From: Longimicrobiales bacterium
GTDB lineage: Bacteria > Gemmatimonadota > Gemmatimonadetes > Longimicrobiales > Gaopeijiaceae
Direction of reading: 5' to 3'
Assembly: GCA_965226375.1 (NCBI GenBank)
Contig: CBDDCX010000008.1
Span: forward strand, 576,001 to 640,000
Length of the DNA: 64,000 nt
Under the pieces are notes generated by a model. That model was not told the origin of the DNA. It made no database searches and saw nothing but the letters and a program-made list of their open reading frames with translations. Both the position numbers and the translations under genes were made by a program. This document shows, piece after piece, positions 48,563 to 58,664 of the stretch (position 1 is the first letter of the stretch; the number at the start of each line of letters is the position of its first letter).

Positions 48563-49920
48563 TGAAAGACCGCGCTAAAGACCGTGTTGTCGTGGTAGGA
48601 GGTGGTCTCGCAGGCTGTGAGGCCGCGCTGCAACTCGCCAGCAGGGGGCACTCGGTAACCCTGCGCGAGATGAGGCCGGTACGGAAGACCGAAGCGCACC
48701 AGAGCGACAACCTCGGCGAGCTCGTCTGCACGAACTCCTTCAAGAGCGAGAACCCGGCGAATGCACACGGGCAGCTCAAGCGGGAGATGCGTGCCCTCGG
48801 CTCCGTGCTGCTCGAGTCCGCCGACTCGACCAGCGTGCCTGCGGGCTCTGCCCTGGCGGTGGATCGCGTGCTCTTCTCGGAGGCCATGACCCGGGCCGTC
48901 ACTTCGCATCCCGCCATTGAGGTCGTGAGGGAGGAGTCCACGACACTGCCGGAAGGGGCCGCCATAATCGCCACCGGCCCCCTGACCTCCGACGCTCTGA
49001 GCGACTCCATTCGCGCAGCACTCGGGGATGAAGGGCTCGCCTTCTACGACGCCATCGCACCGATCGTACATCGCGATTCCCTGGACGACAGCATCGTCTT
49101 CGAGGCGGGCCGATACGACGAGGACAGCGACTACATCAACTGTCCCATGTCTGAGGAGGAGTACCTGGAGTTCATCCAGGCGCTCACCGAGGGGGACGTA
49201 CACGAGGGCCACGACTGGGACGCCGTGCCCTACTTCGAAGGATGTCTTCCCATCGAGGTCTCCGCGTCCCGAGGGGTGGACACGCTCCGCTTCGGGCCCA
49301 TGAAGCCGATCGGACTCACCGATCCGCGGACCGGCGAGCGGCCCTGGGCCGTGGTTCAGTTGCGGCGAGAGGATCGGGCCGGCCAGATGTGGAATCTGGT
49401 GGGCTTCCAGACCCGGCTCCGGGTTGGGGCGCAGCGTGACGTCTTCCAGCGTATCCCCGGGCTCGCCGACTGCGAGTTCCTGCGCTGGGGGTCCATCCAC
49501 CGGAACTCCTACCTAAACTTTCCCGGTTGCCTTACCCCGCATGGCTCCCTCCAGGACCGGCCCGACCTGATCTTCGCCGGGCAGCTCACGGGAGTCGAAG
49601 GCTACACCGAATCAGCCGCCAGCGGCATTCTGGCGGGCATCAACCTTGGCAGGCTGCTCTCGGGTGAAGAACCGGTCGTGCCACCGCCCACGACCATGCT
49701 GGGGGGCCTGTATCGATACCTGAGGGACAGCAAGCCTTCCCGCTTCCAGCCGATGAATTCCAACTGGGGCCTCGTGGATCCGCTGGCCAAGCGTGTGAAG
49801 GACAAGAAGCAGAAGCGCCAGATGCTCGCAGAGCGTGCCGCGTCGGAGTTTGCCGGGTGGATGGAGAGCAACGGCATCGTGGGGCGATCCGCCGACGTGG
49901 CCGAAGCCTCGGCGGGGTAA
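48562..49920 (+). CDS. trmFO: Folate/FAD-dependent tRNA U54 methyltransferase
   Basis: GGGLAGCEAA, ELVCTNS, FEGCLP, FGPMKP, VGFQT, FAGQLTGVEGY. Confidence 0.96.
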   Translation: MKDRAKDRVVVVGGGLAGCEAALQLASRGHSVTLREMRPVRKTEAHQSDNLGELVCTNSFKSENPANAHGQLKREMRALGSVLLESADSTSVPAGSALAVDRVLFSEAMTRAVTSHPAIEVVREESTTLPEGAAIIATGPLTSDALSDSIRAALGDEGLAFYDAIAPIVHRDSLDDSIVFEAGRYDEDSDYINCPMSEEEYLEFIQALTEGDVHEGHDWDAVPYFEGCLPIEVSASRGVDTLRFGPMKPIGLTDPRTGERPWAVVQLRREDRAGQMWNLVGFQTRLRVGAQRDVFQRIPGLADCEFLRWGSIHRNSYLNFPGCLTPHGSLQDRPDLIFAGQLTGVEGYTESAASGILAGINLGRLLSGEEPVVPPPTTMLGGLYRYLRDSKPSRFQPMNSNWGLVDPLAKRVKDKKQKRQMLAERAASEFAGWMESNGIVGRSADVAEASAG

Positions 49921-49934
49921 CCCGCCAATATCAC

Positions 49935-50849
49935 ATGGACGCCGACGTCGCTCGCTTCCTTCACCACCTCGAACACGAGCGCCGGCTGTCACCCCGTACC
50001 GTCGTGTCCTACCGGAAAGACCTCACGGACCTGTCCACATTTTTGGATGAGCACCTCGGTGGTCCCGGTTGGGAGTGGTCCGGCATCGACCGCCTCGATC
50101 TACGTGGGTTCATGGGATGGTGCGGCCGAAAGGGGCTGGGACGGCGTACGGTGGCCAGGAAGCTCTCAGCGGTCCGCACGTTCTACCGCTTTCTCAACTT
50201 AGAGGAGCGCATCCCCTCGGATCCGACGCGTGCGCTTCGAACGCCGAAGCTCGACAAGAAGCTCCCGGCCCACGCGAGCCGAGCGGATCTGAAGTCCGTT
50301 TTCACCGTCGCCGAAAACCGCGCTGCGGAAAACACACCCGCGGGCACCCGGAACCTGGTCATCCTCGAGCTCCTCTACGGCAGTGGCCTGAGGTTGGCCG
50401 AGATTCATGGCCTGGACGTGGCCGACCTCGACCTGGGGCAGGATCAGCTCAAGGTGCTGGGAAAGGGTCGAAAGGAACGCATCGTTCCCCTGACGGGCGC
50501 AGCGCACCGGGCCCTGAGCCGCTACCTGCTTCGCCGCCAAGAGGTACTGCAGCGGTCCGGATCGCCGGCGGAGGGGGCTCTGCTGCTCAACCTGCGTGGC
50601 AAGAGACTCTCTCAGCGGTACGTCCAGAAAGTGGTACGGGGTCTGTTGGATGATGCCGCAGCCGCTGAGGACCTCACCGTTCACTCCCTTCGTCACAGCT
50701 TTGCGACCCACCTGCTGGACGCCGGAGCGGATCTCATGGCCGTAAAGGAGTTGCTCGGCCACGTGTCTCTGTCCACCACGCAGATCTACACGCATACGTC
50801 CAAGGAACGGCTTCGACGGGTGTACCGGGACGCTCACCCACGCTCCTGA
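49935..50849 (+). CDS. xerC: Tyrosine recombinase XerC
   Basis: LYGSGLR, GKGRKER, HSLRHSFATH, LLGH, TTQIYTH; housekeeping context. Confidence 0.88.
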   Translation: MDADVARFLHHLEHERRLSPRTVVSYRKDLTDLSTFLDEHLGGPGWEWSGIDRLDLRGFMGWCGRKGLGRRTVARKLSAVRTFYRFLNLEERIPSDPTRALRTPKLDKKLPAHASRADLKSVFTVAENRAAENTPAGTRNLVILELLYGSGLRLAEIHGLDVADLDLGQDQLKVLGKGRKERIVPLTGAAHRALSRYLLRRQEVLQRSGSPAEGALLLNLRGKRLSQRYVQKVVRGLLDDAAAAEDLTVHSLRHSFATHLLDAGADLMAVKELLGHVSLSTTQIYTHTSKERLRRVYRDAHPRS

Positions 50850-50963
50850 CGTTTCAGGGCGTCTATCCGGGCCCGGAGGGGGATCTTTCCCGGCCCGGAT
50901 AGGGTTCAACCTCCCCCGCCGTTGATGTATCGTAGAGGCCCGCCCCAAAAGCGAATTCGATAG

Positions 50964-51518
50964 ATGAACTATCCCATGGAAAAGCCGCCGATCCACGCCA
51001 CGACCATCGTGGCCGTGCGCAAGGACGGTAAGGTCGCCCTCGGCGGCGACGGCCAGGTCACGATGGGTGACTCCGTCGTGAAGAACAAGGCCCAGAAGGT
51101 ACGTACACTGAGGGAGGGGAAGGTTCTCGTGGGATTCGCCGGCGCCGTCGCTGACGCCTTCACCCTCTTCGAGAAGCTCGAGGAAAAGCTGGAGCGCTTT
51201 CCGGCCAACGCCACCCGGGCGGTGGTCGAGTTGGCCAAGGACTGGAGGATGGATCGCTACCTTCGGAGGCTCAACGCGCTCCTGCTGGTGGCCGATGCGG
51301 ACCATCTCTTCTTGGTCAGTGGCGAGGGCGAAGTCATCGAGCCCGATGACGACGTCCTGGCCATCGGGTCGGGAGGCTCGTACGCCATGGCGGCGGCCCG
51401 GGCACTGATGGCTCACTCCGACCTCTCGGCCCCCGACACCGTACGCAGCGCCTTGGAGATCGCCGGAGAGATCTGTATCTACACGAACATGCAAATCACC
51501 GTTCTGGAGTTGGAATAG
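50964..51518 (+). CDS. hslV: ATP-dependent protease subunit HslV
   Basis: HA|TTI, GDGQVT, GFAG, IGSGG, CIYTN. Confidence 0.96.
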   Translation: MNYPMEKPPIHATTIVAVRKDGKVALGGDGQVTMGDSVVKNKAQKVRTLREGKVLVGFAGAVADAFTLFEKLEEKLERFPANATRAVVELAKDWRMDRYLRRLNALLLVADADHLFLVSGEGEVIEPDDDVLAIGSGGSYAMAAARALMAHSDLSAPDTVRSALEIAGEICIYTNMQITVLELE

Positions 51519-51519
51519 C

Positions 51520-53136
51520 GTGGACGACACGACTGAAGCGAACGGCCCGACCACAACGGACGAAGCCAGTGAGGTAGTTCCACCGGCACCTGAGGTGTCC
51601 GTAGTACCCGAAGTTTCCTCTCGGCCGGCGGCGCCCGAGGTCTCGGGCGGTTCCGGAGGGCCTACGGTGCCTTCCGATGCCGAGGTTCCCGAGGATGCCT
51701 GGCTCGACGAGCTGACCCCCCGTCAGATCGTCGGCGAGCTCGACAAGTACATCGTGGGGCAGGACGACGCCAAGAAGTCGGTGGCCATCGCGCTGCGCAA
51801 TCGCTGGCGTCGACAGCGGGTTGAAGAGGAGCTCCGAGAAGAGATCGTCCCCAACAACCTGATCCTCATCGGCCCGACCGGGGTGGGGAAGACCGAGATC
51901 GCCCGCCGCCTCGCGCGTCTGGCCGGGGCCCCCTTCGTGAAGGTCGAGGCCTCGAAGTACACCGAGGTCGGCTACGTGGGACGCGACGTCGAGTCCATGA
52001 TCCGGGATCTGGTGGACGTGGCCGTCAACATGGTCCGAGCGGAGCGTGAGGACGAAGTGCAGGAGGTGGCCGAGTCCCGGGCGGAGGAGAAGCTCCTGGA
52101 TCTGCTTCTTCCTGCGCCGGTGGCCAAGCCCCGTGTCGAGAGTCCGCCTGCGGGTAACGGCGAGGAGGCCCGGCCCCACGTCTTCGTGGTGGGCCCGGAG
52201 GGTGTCGAGGCTCGGGACAACGACGAAGGCGATGACGCGGTCGAACTACGTCGTCAGCGAACCAGAGAGAAGCTCCGTGGTCTGTTGCGCGACGGAAAGC
52301 TCGAGGAACGTGAGGTGGAGATCGAGGTGTCGCAGACCGCCTCGCTGGAAGGAATGGTCGTCCCCATGGGCGCTGGCATGGAAGGGATGGACCACAACTT
52401 CACCGAAATGCTTCAGGACATGCTGCCCAAGCGGAAGAAGAAGCGGATCGTCACCATCGCCGAGGCGCGTCGCATTCTGGTCCAGGACGAGCTCGATCGC
52501 CTGGTCGACATGGACGAAGTCATCAACGAAGCGCTGATCCGGGCCGAGGACATGGGCATCGTCTTCCTCGACGAGATCGACAAGATCGCGGGAGACCGGG
52601 GTGGTGCCGGTCCCGACGTGAGCAGGGAAGGGGTGCAGCGTGACATTCTCCCCATCGTCGAAGGATCCACCGTTCAGACCAAGTACGGGCTGGTGCGCAC
52701 CGACCACATACTCTTCATCGCGGCCGGCGCCTTTCACGTCGCGAAACCCAGTGACCTCATTCCGGAGCTCCAGGGTCGATTCCCCATCCGTGTCGAGCTC
52801 AAGAGCCTCGGTGAGGCCGAGTTCGTTCGCATCCTTCAGGAACCGAAGAACGCGCTCGTGCACCAGTACCGAGCGCTGGTCGAAACCGAGGGTGCCGCGC
52901 TGGACTTCAAGCAGGACGGGATAGAGGAGATCGCCAGGATCGCCGCCATCCTGAACGATCAGATGGAGAACATCGGGGCGCGGCGGTTGCAGACGGTGAT
53001 GACCACGCTGCTGGAATCACTGCTGTACGAGCTTCCGGAGGAAGGCGTGAGGGAGTTGGTGATCGATCGGGACTTCGTGCAGGAGAACCTGAGCGCGATT
53101 GTGGATGACGCGGATCTGAGGCGGTACATCCTGTAG
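51520..53136 (+). CDS. hslU: ATP-dependent protease ATPase HslU, with a low-complexity N-terminal extension
   Basis: [49 protein letters not shown]. Confidence 0.96.
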   Translation: MDDTTEANGPTTTDEASEVVPPAPEVSVVPEVSSRPAAPEVSGGSGGPTVPSDAEVPEDAWLDELTPRQIVGELDKYIVGQDDAKKSVAIALRNRWRRQRVEEELREEIVPNNLILIGPTGVGKTEIARRLARLAGAPFVKVEASKYTEVGYVGRDVESMIRDLVDVAVNMVRAEREDEVQEVAESRAEEKLLDLLLPAPVAKPRVESPPAGNGEEARPHVFVVGPEGVEARDNDEGDDAVELRRQRTREKLRGLLRDGKLEEREVEIEVSQTASLEGMVVPMGAGMEGMDHNFTEMLQDMLPKRKKKRIVTIAEARRILVQDELDRLVDMDEVINEALIRAEDMGIVFLDEIDKIAGDRGGAGPDVSREGVQRDILPIVEGSTVQTKYGLVRTDHILFIAAGAFHVAKPSDLIPELQGRFPIRVELKSLGEAEFVRILQEPKNALVHQYRALVETEGAALDFKQDGIEEIARIAAILNDQMENIGARRLQTVMTTLLESLLYELPEEGVRELVIDRDFVQENLSAIVDDADLRRYIL

Positions 53137-53210
53137 GTAGAGGGCACTACGGAGTCGGCTGAAGCCCTTGAACTTCTCGGCCGTCGCTGGTTAGTATTCT
53201 GAGTGTCTTA

Positions 53211-53224
53211 CGATATGCCTATCG
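53211..53224. promoter_or_regulatory. Palindromic operator candidate for TA autoregulation
   Basis: CGATA-TGCC-TATCG just upstream of the antitoxin RBS and downstream of TTGAAC-N18-TAGTAT. Confidence 0.45.
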
Positions 53225-53239
53225 ATCGGGAGGGCGTTT

Positions 53240-53449
53240 GTGTCTACGGTGACGGTTTCCAGTAAGTACCAGGTGGTCATCCCAAAAGACGTCCGGGATC
53301 GTCTCAAGATTCGTCCTGGTCAAAAAGTCGAGGCGTTCGCGTTGGGAGGCCGGATTGAGCTCGTTCCGATCCGTCCGATTGAGGAAATGCGGGGATTCCT
53401 TCGTGGAATGGACCCCAACTTCGAGCGTGATCCGGACCGAGACCTGTGA
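53240..53449 (+). CDS. AbrB/MazE/SpoVT-family antitoxin
   Basis: TVSSKYQVVIPKDVRDRLKIRPG. Confidence 0.9.
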   Translation: MSTVTVSSKYQVVIPKDVRDRLKIRPGQKVEAFALGGRIELVPIRPIEEMRGFLRGMDPNFERDPDRDL

Positions 53450-53829
53450 ACGTCGTCGATTCATCGGGATGGATCGAGTACTACGTTGGGGGCCCGAACG
53501 CCGCTTTCTTCGAAGGTCCCCTCCTAGACCTGGCGAACCTGCTCGTGCCTTCCATCTCCATCCTCGAGGTGTACCGGTATGTCCTCAAGGAGCGTGGACG
53601 CCGAGATGCTCTTGCGGTCGCGGCCTCCATGCGACAGGGCCATGTCATTGCGCTCGATGAGGGGATCGCCATCGAGGCAGCCGAGATCGGGGCCAGCTAC
53701 TCGCTCCCGCTAGCCGATTCCATCATCTATGCCTCTGCCCAGGCCCACGACGCTACTCTCTGGACCCAGGATGCAGACTTCAAAGGACTGGATGAAGTGG
53801 AGTACAAGCCCAAACACGGTAAGCTCTAG
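53446..53829 (+). CDS. vapC: VapC-type PIN domain toxin
   Basis: VVDSSGWIE, E, LADSII, LWTQD; GTGA overlap with the antitoxin. Confidence 0.9.
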   Translation: MNVVDSSGWIEYYVGGPNAAFFEGPLLDLANLLVPSISILEVYRYVLKERGRRDALAVAASMRQGHVIALDEGIAIEAAEIGASYSLPLADSIIYASAQAHDATLWTQDADFKGLDEVEYKPKHGKL

Positions 53830-53864
53830 CAAGGAAAGCTCCGGCAGGCTGGAATCCCTCCTGG

Positions 53865-54209
53865 CTACAGATCGAGGACGAGCTTCAAGCCTGCATCGAC
53901 CTGGGCCATCAGCTCCGGCGTGATGCTTCCTGTTCGCTCCGAGAGGTAGGACTCATCGAGGGTCACGATTTGTGTGACGTTGGCCACGGAGTCCTTGGGT
54001 AGGCCGCTATTCTTGGCTGTGAGAAGGACGTTACCAGGGGCGTCGAGAAGTCGTGTGTTCGACGTGAGCACGATGCCGAGTACCGTCCGCAGGCGACTTC
54101 GATTGAAGGAGTCCGCTTGCACGACCAGGATGGGCCGACGAAAGTCGGGCTCCGATCCACGGGGTGCATCGATATCTGCCCACCACACCTCACGGCGCAG
54201 TACTACCAC
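53865..54209 (-). CDS. PemK/MazF-family toxin (no intact antitoxin upstream)
   Basis: RREVWWAD..PRGSEP..RRPILVVQ.D.FN, LTSN, GLPKDSVANV.QI.T. Confidence 0.88.
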   Translation of the reverse strand: MVVLRREVWWADIDAPRGSEPDFRRPILVVQADSFNRSRLRTVLGIVLTSNTRLLDAPGNVLLTAKNSGLPKDSVANVTQIVTLDESYLSERTGSITPELMAQVDAGLKLVLDL

Positions 54210-54289
54210 TTCGCTAAAGTTACGGGACCGTTACCTGAGCGTTATCTGGCGAGCACTCGGTTCTGGGGCTACGACAACAACGAGAATAG

Positions 54290-54386
54290 CCGGATCGCTG
54301 GGATCTTGGAGGCGCTCATCGAATCGGAGCTCGCGGACTTCAACCGTACGCTTCGTGAGCGGGGACTCGATCCGGTGATCAGATAG
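54290..54386 (+). pseudogene. Orphan 3' end of a gene (amphipathic C-terminal helix)
   Basis: ..ILEALIESELADFNRTLRERGLDPVIR* with coding-like codon usage and no plausible 5' part. Confidence 0.4.
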
Positions 54387-54458
54387 GGCGGGCCGGGGGG
54401 TGATGGTCCAGAGGGCGACGGCATCGCTATGCTTGTGATCTCCAGGCCGAACGGCGAT

Positions 54459-54491
54459 CTTAGTTTGGATTAACACATAAACCGAACTAAG
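54459..54491. promoter_or_regulatory. Inverted repeat upstream of fic (operator candidate)
   Basis: CTTAGTTTGG-N13-CCGAACTAAG (9/10 complementary), AT-rich, immediately before the GGGAGG RBS. Confidence 0.55.
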
Positions 54492-54509
54492 AAGGGAGGC
54501 TGGTTCAGG

Positions 54510-55709
54510 ATGCGCGGAACGCTCGTCAGCAAGACCTGGGCGTGGGATCCCGTCCTCTACGCGCCTCCAAGGTACCGGAAGGCTTGTAGATACAAGGCGT
54601 TCATCCCTGATCCGTTGACCGACCAGGAGTTCGAACTGGCCTCCAGCGTCGCAGGCGTCGTCTCAGACGCGGAACAAGCCATCATGGCCCTCAATGCGGG
54701 CTCCCAACCGGCGCTCGAGCCGTTGGCTCGTCTGCTACTCCGTACCGAGTCAATCGCGTCATCGAAGGTTGAGGGTATGCAGGTCGGGATCCGACAACTC
54801 GCCCGTGCCGAGTCGAAGATCGAAGCCGGAGGGAGGGCGTCGCCCACTATCTCAGAGGTGCTCGGGAACATCGATGCCATGAAGTCGGCCGTCGACGACG
54901 CGGCTACCTCCGATCGGATCGGCATCGAGCACCTTACAGAGATCCATCGTAAGCTGATGATCAAGGCTCCCAACCCACACGGGGCCGGGGTCATCCGACA
55001 GGACCAGAACTGGATCGGAGGGAATGACTACAATCCTTGCGGTGCAGATTTCGTCCCACCTCCGGCGGAGCATGTCGAGCGCCTGCTCAGTGATCTCTGT
55101 GAGGCCATCGCAGACGACTCACTTCCCCCGCTCGTTCAGGCTGCCATGGTCCACGCACAATTCGAGACTATCCATCCGTTCCATGATGGGAATGGCCGTA
55201 CGGGTCGAGCGCTGGTTCACGTGGTGCTGCGCCGGCGGGGCATGGCGGTCTCGTATGTCCCTCCCATCAGTGTGGTGCTGGCGAATGAACGTGAACGCTA
55301 TATCCGAGGCCTCACCGGATTCAGGTCCGGCGAGCTTGGTCCGTGGATTGAACAGTTCGCTGCTGCTGCGGCGCGAGCGGCAGGGTTGGCAACAGACTAT
55401 CTCGGGGCAGTGACCCGGCTCATGGATGAGTGGCGTCGCAAGTTGAGCGAGGGTGCCGCGCCTAGATCTGACGCCGCAGCGTGGGCGGTCATAGCAGTTC
55501 TGCCCGCGCATCCGGTCCTCACGTCACGGGTTGCCGCGAACGTGACGGGGCGAGCAAAGGCCTCGATCCACCAAGCCCTTGGGCAACTCACGGATTGTGG
55601 CGTCCTTGAGCCACTCTCCGAGTCCAAGCGGCATCAATCGTGGGAAGGGGTTGGTCTACTGGATCTCCTCGAGGGATTGGAGGCGGGCAGGGTGTCCGGG
55701 AGCGTCTGA
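54510..55709 (+). CDS. Fic family protein (class II-like: N-terminal inhibitory motif, probable C-terminal HTH)
   Basis: HPFHDGNGRTGR catalytic motif; SSKVEG = (S/T)xxxE(G/N). Confidence 0.92.
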   Translation: MRGTLVSKTWAWDPVLYAPPRYRKACRYKAFIPDPLTDQEFELASSVAGVVSDAEQAIMALNAGSQPALEPLARLLLRTESIASSKVEGMQVGIRQLARAESKIEAGGRASPTISEVLGNIDAMKSAVDDAATSDRIGIEHLTEIHRKLMIKAPNPHGAGVIRQDQNWIGGNDYNPCGADFVPPPAEHVERLLSDLCEAIADDSLPPLVQAAMVHAQFETIHPFHDGNGRTGRALVHVVLRRRGMAVSYVPPISVVLANERERYIRGLTGFRSGELGPWIEQFAAAAARAAGLATDYLGAVTRLMDEWRRKLSEGAAPRSDAAAWAVIAVLPAHPVLTSRVAANVTGRAKASIHQALGQLTDCGVLEPLSESKRHQSWEGVGLLDLLEGLEAGRVSGSV

Positions 55710-55734
55710 CAGGCCGGGTGCCCGACTAGGGCGC

Positions 55735-56831
55735 TCAGCCCCCCGCACCACGCCGAAAAATGATCTCGATCACCACTTGATACCCTTCATAAACCCCGGT
55801 GCCCCCTACCACTCGCCGAACCTCCTGGACTTCAGCTCCCCGGCGATTCCTGAGCATTACGCTCGAACCCAGCCATCGCTGGCCATCAACGAAGAGTGTT
55901 CCTCGCACCCTCTCTCTTCTCCTTTCCACCCACTGTGGTCGCTCGAGACGGATGAGATCCCAGACGGAGCTGGTCTCCCGGCGAGCGGCGATGTCCTCTC
56001 GGGTTATCAGTTCCGTATTAGGTGCGGTCCTGGGCGATACAGTTGTGGATACGTCACCACGCGATGGCCCGGTGCGACCGCCGCCCCATTCCCCCGGAGT
56101 GAGGACCACACCGATTTGGAACGAGAAGGCCTGGTGCTTGCGCGAAAACTGCTCGTCGTAGTCGGGCAGGAACCCGAAGATGACTGTCTCGTCAACTCCG
56201 TCATCATTTTCGTATAGCGCGCGTCCACCACGAGCCTGGTGGGGCCGAGATCGAACGTCAGGTCCACGCCGGCGGTGCCGCCGAAGTCACTCCCGTGGGT
56301 GTTGTCGTCCAGAGGAAGAGCGTAGGCAAAAGCTCCCTCATAAGGGGGAAAATCGATCTTCGACCTGGTGCCTGTTGCCGTGGCTCCGACGGCGAAAGCA
56401 ACGATGGGTCCGGCGAAAACGCTCACCGAGGGGGCCGACGCTCCAGGACTCACCCTGAGCTTTAGGAGGGACGCAAAATCGAGATAGTTGTAGTGCCATC
56501 TCCAATCGGTGACGTCACCCAACCTATCGGCGTGAATGTCGTGCCCAATCGCCCCCCTCGTTGCGTAGTAGCCCTCGACCTGCGCCGAGAGCGGACCCGA
56601 CAAACCGAAGTTGGCAAACGCTCCAATGAGGTGCCCCTGCACGGACTCGGCCTCTCCGATGGCGTCGCCGTAGAAGCTCGAAACGTTGAGGCCGCCCTTG
56701 AGGCCCAGTCTGGTCTGAGCAAGTGCGGGCGCGGCGACGAGAAAGCCGCTCACACCAAGCATGACCGGAGACGTCGACAGCCGCCGAAGAGGTGCGGGGC
56801 TAAAGGGGAGATGGCAAGCACCTTCTGCCAC
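55735..56831 (-). pseudogene. PorT-like small outer-membrane beta-barrel fused to a plug-like C-terminal domain, split by a 1-bp frameshift near 56194
   Basis: LGLKGGLNVS, QVEGYY..RG, YLDF..LLK, FAGP, DFG...G, VDARY; second frame continues TVIF..HQAFSFQIGV..LITREDI..SVWDLI..RPQW. Confidence 0.65.
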
Positions 56832-56992
56832 ACGGGGCTTCTAAGCCACGTTCCACCCAAATCCTGCCAGAATGGCCGATTTACCCTCCCCGCACGCCGT
56901 CCCCTGTGATACCTTGCTTTTCCGACGAACCCGGCAACCAACGGGGGTCGGCACCCCTCGTTGCCACCCTCCAACCGCGACACCGACCAACC

Positions 56993-58108
56993 ATGACCGA
57001 CACCCTGAAGCGCACTCCCCTCTACGACGAACACGTCGCGCTCGGCGGCAAGATGGTCCCCTTCGCGGGCTACGAGATGCCCGTCCAGTACCCGACGGGG
57101 ATCACCGCAGAGCACAAAGCGGTGCGTACGGCAGCGGGCCTCTTCGACGCCTCGCACATGGGAGAGTTCGTGGCCCGCGGTCCCCAGGCGCTTGATCTGA
57201 TCCAGAGGGTCAGCGTCAACGATGCGTCGGTTCTGGACGTTGGACAGTGTCAGTACACGGCCCTTTGTCTCGAGAACGGCGGAATCCTCGACGACTATCT
57301 GGTCTACCGTATGGAGGACAGCTACATGCTGGTGGTAAACGCCTCCCGAAGGGAAGAGGATTGGGAGTGGTTCAACCGTCACGCGGATGGGTTGGACGTG
57401 GAGCTCGAGGACATCTCCGACGGACTGGCCCTTCTCGCCCTTCAGGGCCCTAAGGCTCAGGAGATCCTCGCACCCCTGACAGATGCGGACCTGGACAACC
57501 TCGGGTACTACCGACTGACCCAGGGCGCGGTCTCGGGATCGGATGCGCCCGCCATCATCAGCCGCACCGGGTACACGGGCGAAGATGGCTTCGAGCTTTA
57601 CGTGGCGTCCGACGATGCTGCTGCCGTGTGGCGGAATCTCCTGGAGCACGGACGCGATGCGGGCCTTCTGCCCGCTGGACTAGGCTCTCGGGACTCACTT
57701 CGCCTCGAGGTTGGATTCGCACTCAACGGCAACGATCTGGACAGCGAGCACACGCCGCTCGAGGCCGGCTTGGGCTGGCTCGTCAAGCTCGACAAAGACG
57801 ACTTTGTCGCCAAAGACGTTCTGGTCGAGCAGAAGGAAAACGGTGTGCCCCGTCGTCTGGCGGGGATCCGGCTGACGGAGCGAGGCTTTCCGCGCCCGGG
57901 TTATCCGATCGTATTCGAGGACACCGAGGTGGGAATCGTGAGCAGTGGCACGGTGAGCCCCTCGCTGGGTTACGGGATCGCCATGGGCTACGTCCCGAGT
58001 GACCTGGCCAAGCCGGACACACCGCTCGGCGTCCGGGTCAGAGACAAGGTGATTCCGGGTGTCGTCCAGCGTCCGCCGTTCTACACGGAGGGCACGGTCC
58101 GCCGGTAG
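56993..58108 (+). CDS. gcvT: Glycine cleavage system aminomethyltransferase T
   Basis: [45 protein letters not shown]. Confidence 0.97.
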   Translation: MTDTLKRTPLYDEHVALGGKMVPFAGYEMPVQYPTGITAEHKAVRTAAGLFDASHMGEFVARGPQALDLIQRVSVNDASVLDVGQCQYTALCLENGGILDDYLVYRMEDSYMLVVNASRREEDWEWFNRHADGLDVELEDISDGLALLALQGPKAQEILAPLTDADLDNLGYYRLTQGAVSGSDAPAIISRTGYTGEDGFELYVASDDAAAVWRNLLEHGRDAGLLPAGLGSRDSLRLEVGFALNGNDLDSEHTPLEAGLGWLVKLDKDDFVAKDVLVEQKENGVPRRLAGIRLTERGFPRPGYPIVFEDTEVGIVSSGTVSPSLGYGIAMGYVPSDLAKPDTPLGVRVRDKVIPGVVQRPPFYTEGTVRR

Positions 58109-58127
58109 GCGGTGCCGACAACCCGAT

Positions 58128-58664
58128 ATGCGCGTGGCGATTCTGACTGTGAGCGACGGCTGCTTTCGCGGCGAGCGAGAGGACAAGAGTGGCGACCTCA
58201 TCGCCGAGTGGTGTGGCCGCCTGGGTTACGAGTTGGCGGAACGCGTGATAGTCCCCGACGAGAGCCAGGAGATCGTTCCCCGCCTGGTGGGTTGGGCCGA
58301 CTCCGGACAGGTGGATGCGGTACTGACTACGGGCGGCACCGGATTCTCACCCCGGGACGTGACTCCCGAGGCGACTCGGAGCGTGCTCGACAAGGAGGCA
58401 CCGGGCTTGGCGGAAGCCATGCGACGCAAGGGACTCCCCCAGACTCCCACCGCGGTCCTTTCGCGGGGACTCGTCGGCTCCAGGGGTGCGACGTTCGTCG
58501 CGAATCTGCCGGGGAGCCCGGGCGGGGTCCGAGACGGTCTCGAGGTACTGGAGGAGCTCATGCCACACGTGGTCGACCTCCTCCACGGGAACACGGAGCA
58601 CGGAGCCTCGGTGGGGGACCGAGTCGACACTCCGGATAAAGCTTCAGCGGGAGACCCGGCATGA
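58128..58664 (+). CDS. mog: MogA/MoaB molybdenum cofactor biosynthesis protein
   Basis: [33 protein letters not shown]. Confidence 0.9.
   Translation: MRVAILTVSDGCFRGEREDKSGDLIAEWCGRLGYELAERVIVPDESQEIVPRLVGWADSGQVDAVLTTGGTGFSPRDVTPEATRSVLDKEAPGLAEAMRRKGLPQTPTAVLSRGLVGSRGATFVANLPGSPGGVRDGLEVLEELMPHVVDLLHGNTEHGASVGDRVDTPDKASAGDPA

Noticed and set aside
49935..50849. Tyrosine recombinase as a phage/island integrase or pilin shufflon invertase
   Set aside because: XerC-type sequence in the conserved trmFO-hslVU housekeeping context; no att sites or inverted cassettes seen near the pilins
50864..50900. Hairpin between xerC and hslV as an ncRNA or dif-like site
   Set aside because: Imperfect GC stem without a U-tract or XerC/D arm consensus; at most an mRNA-stabilising or weak terminator hairpin
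50199..51554. Long antisense ORFs (e.g. 451 aa here; also 10585-11733, 45884-47194, 26671-27720)
   Set aside because: Shadow ORFs opposite well-supported genes, expected in high-GC DNA; no recognisable motifs
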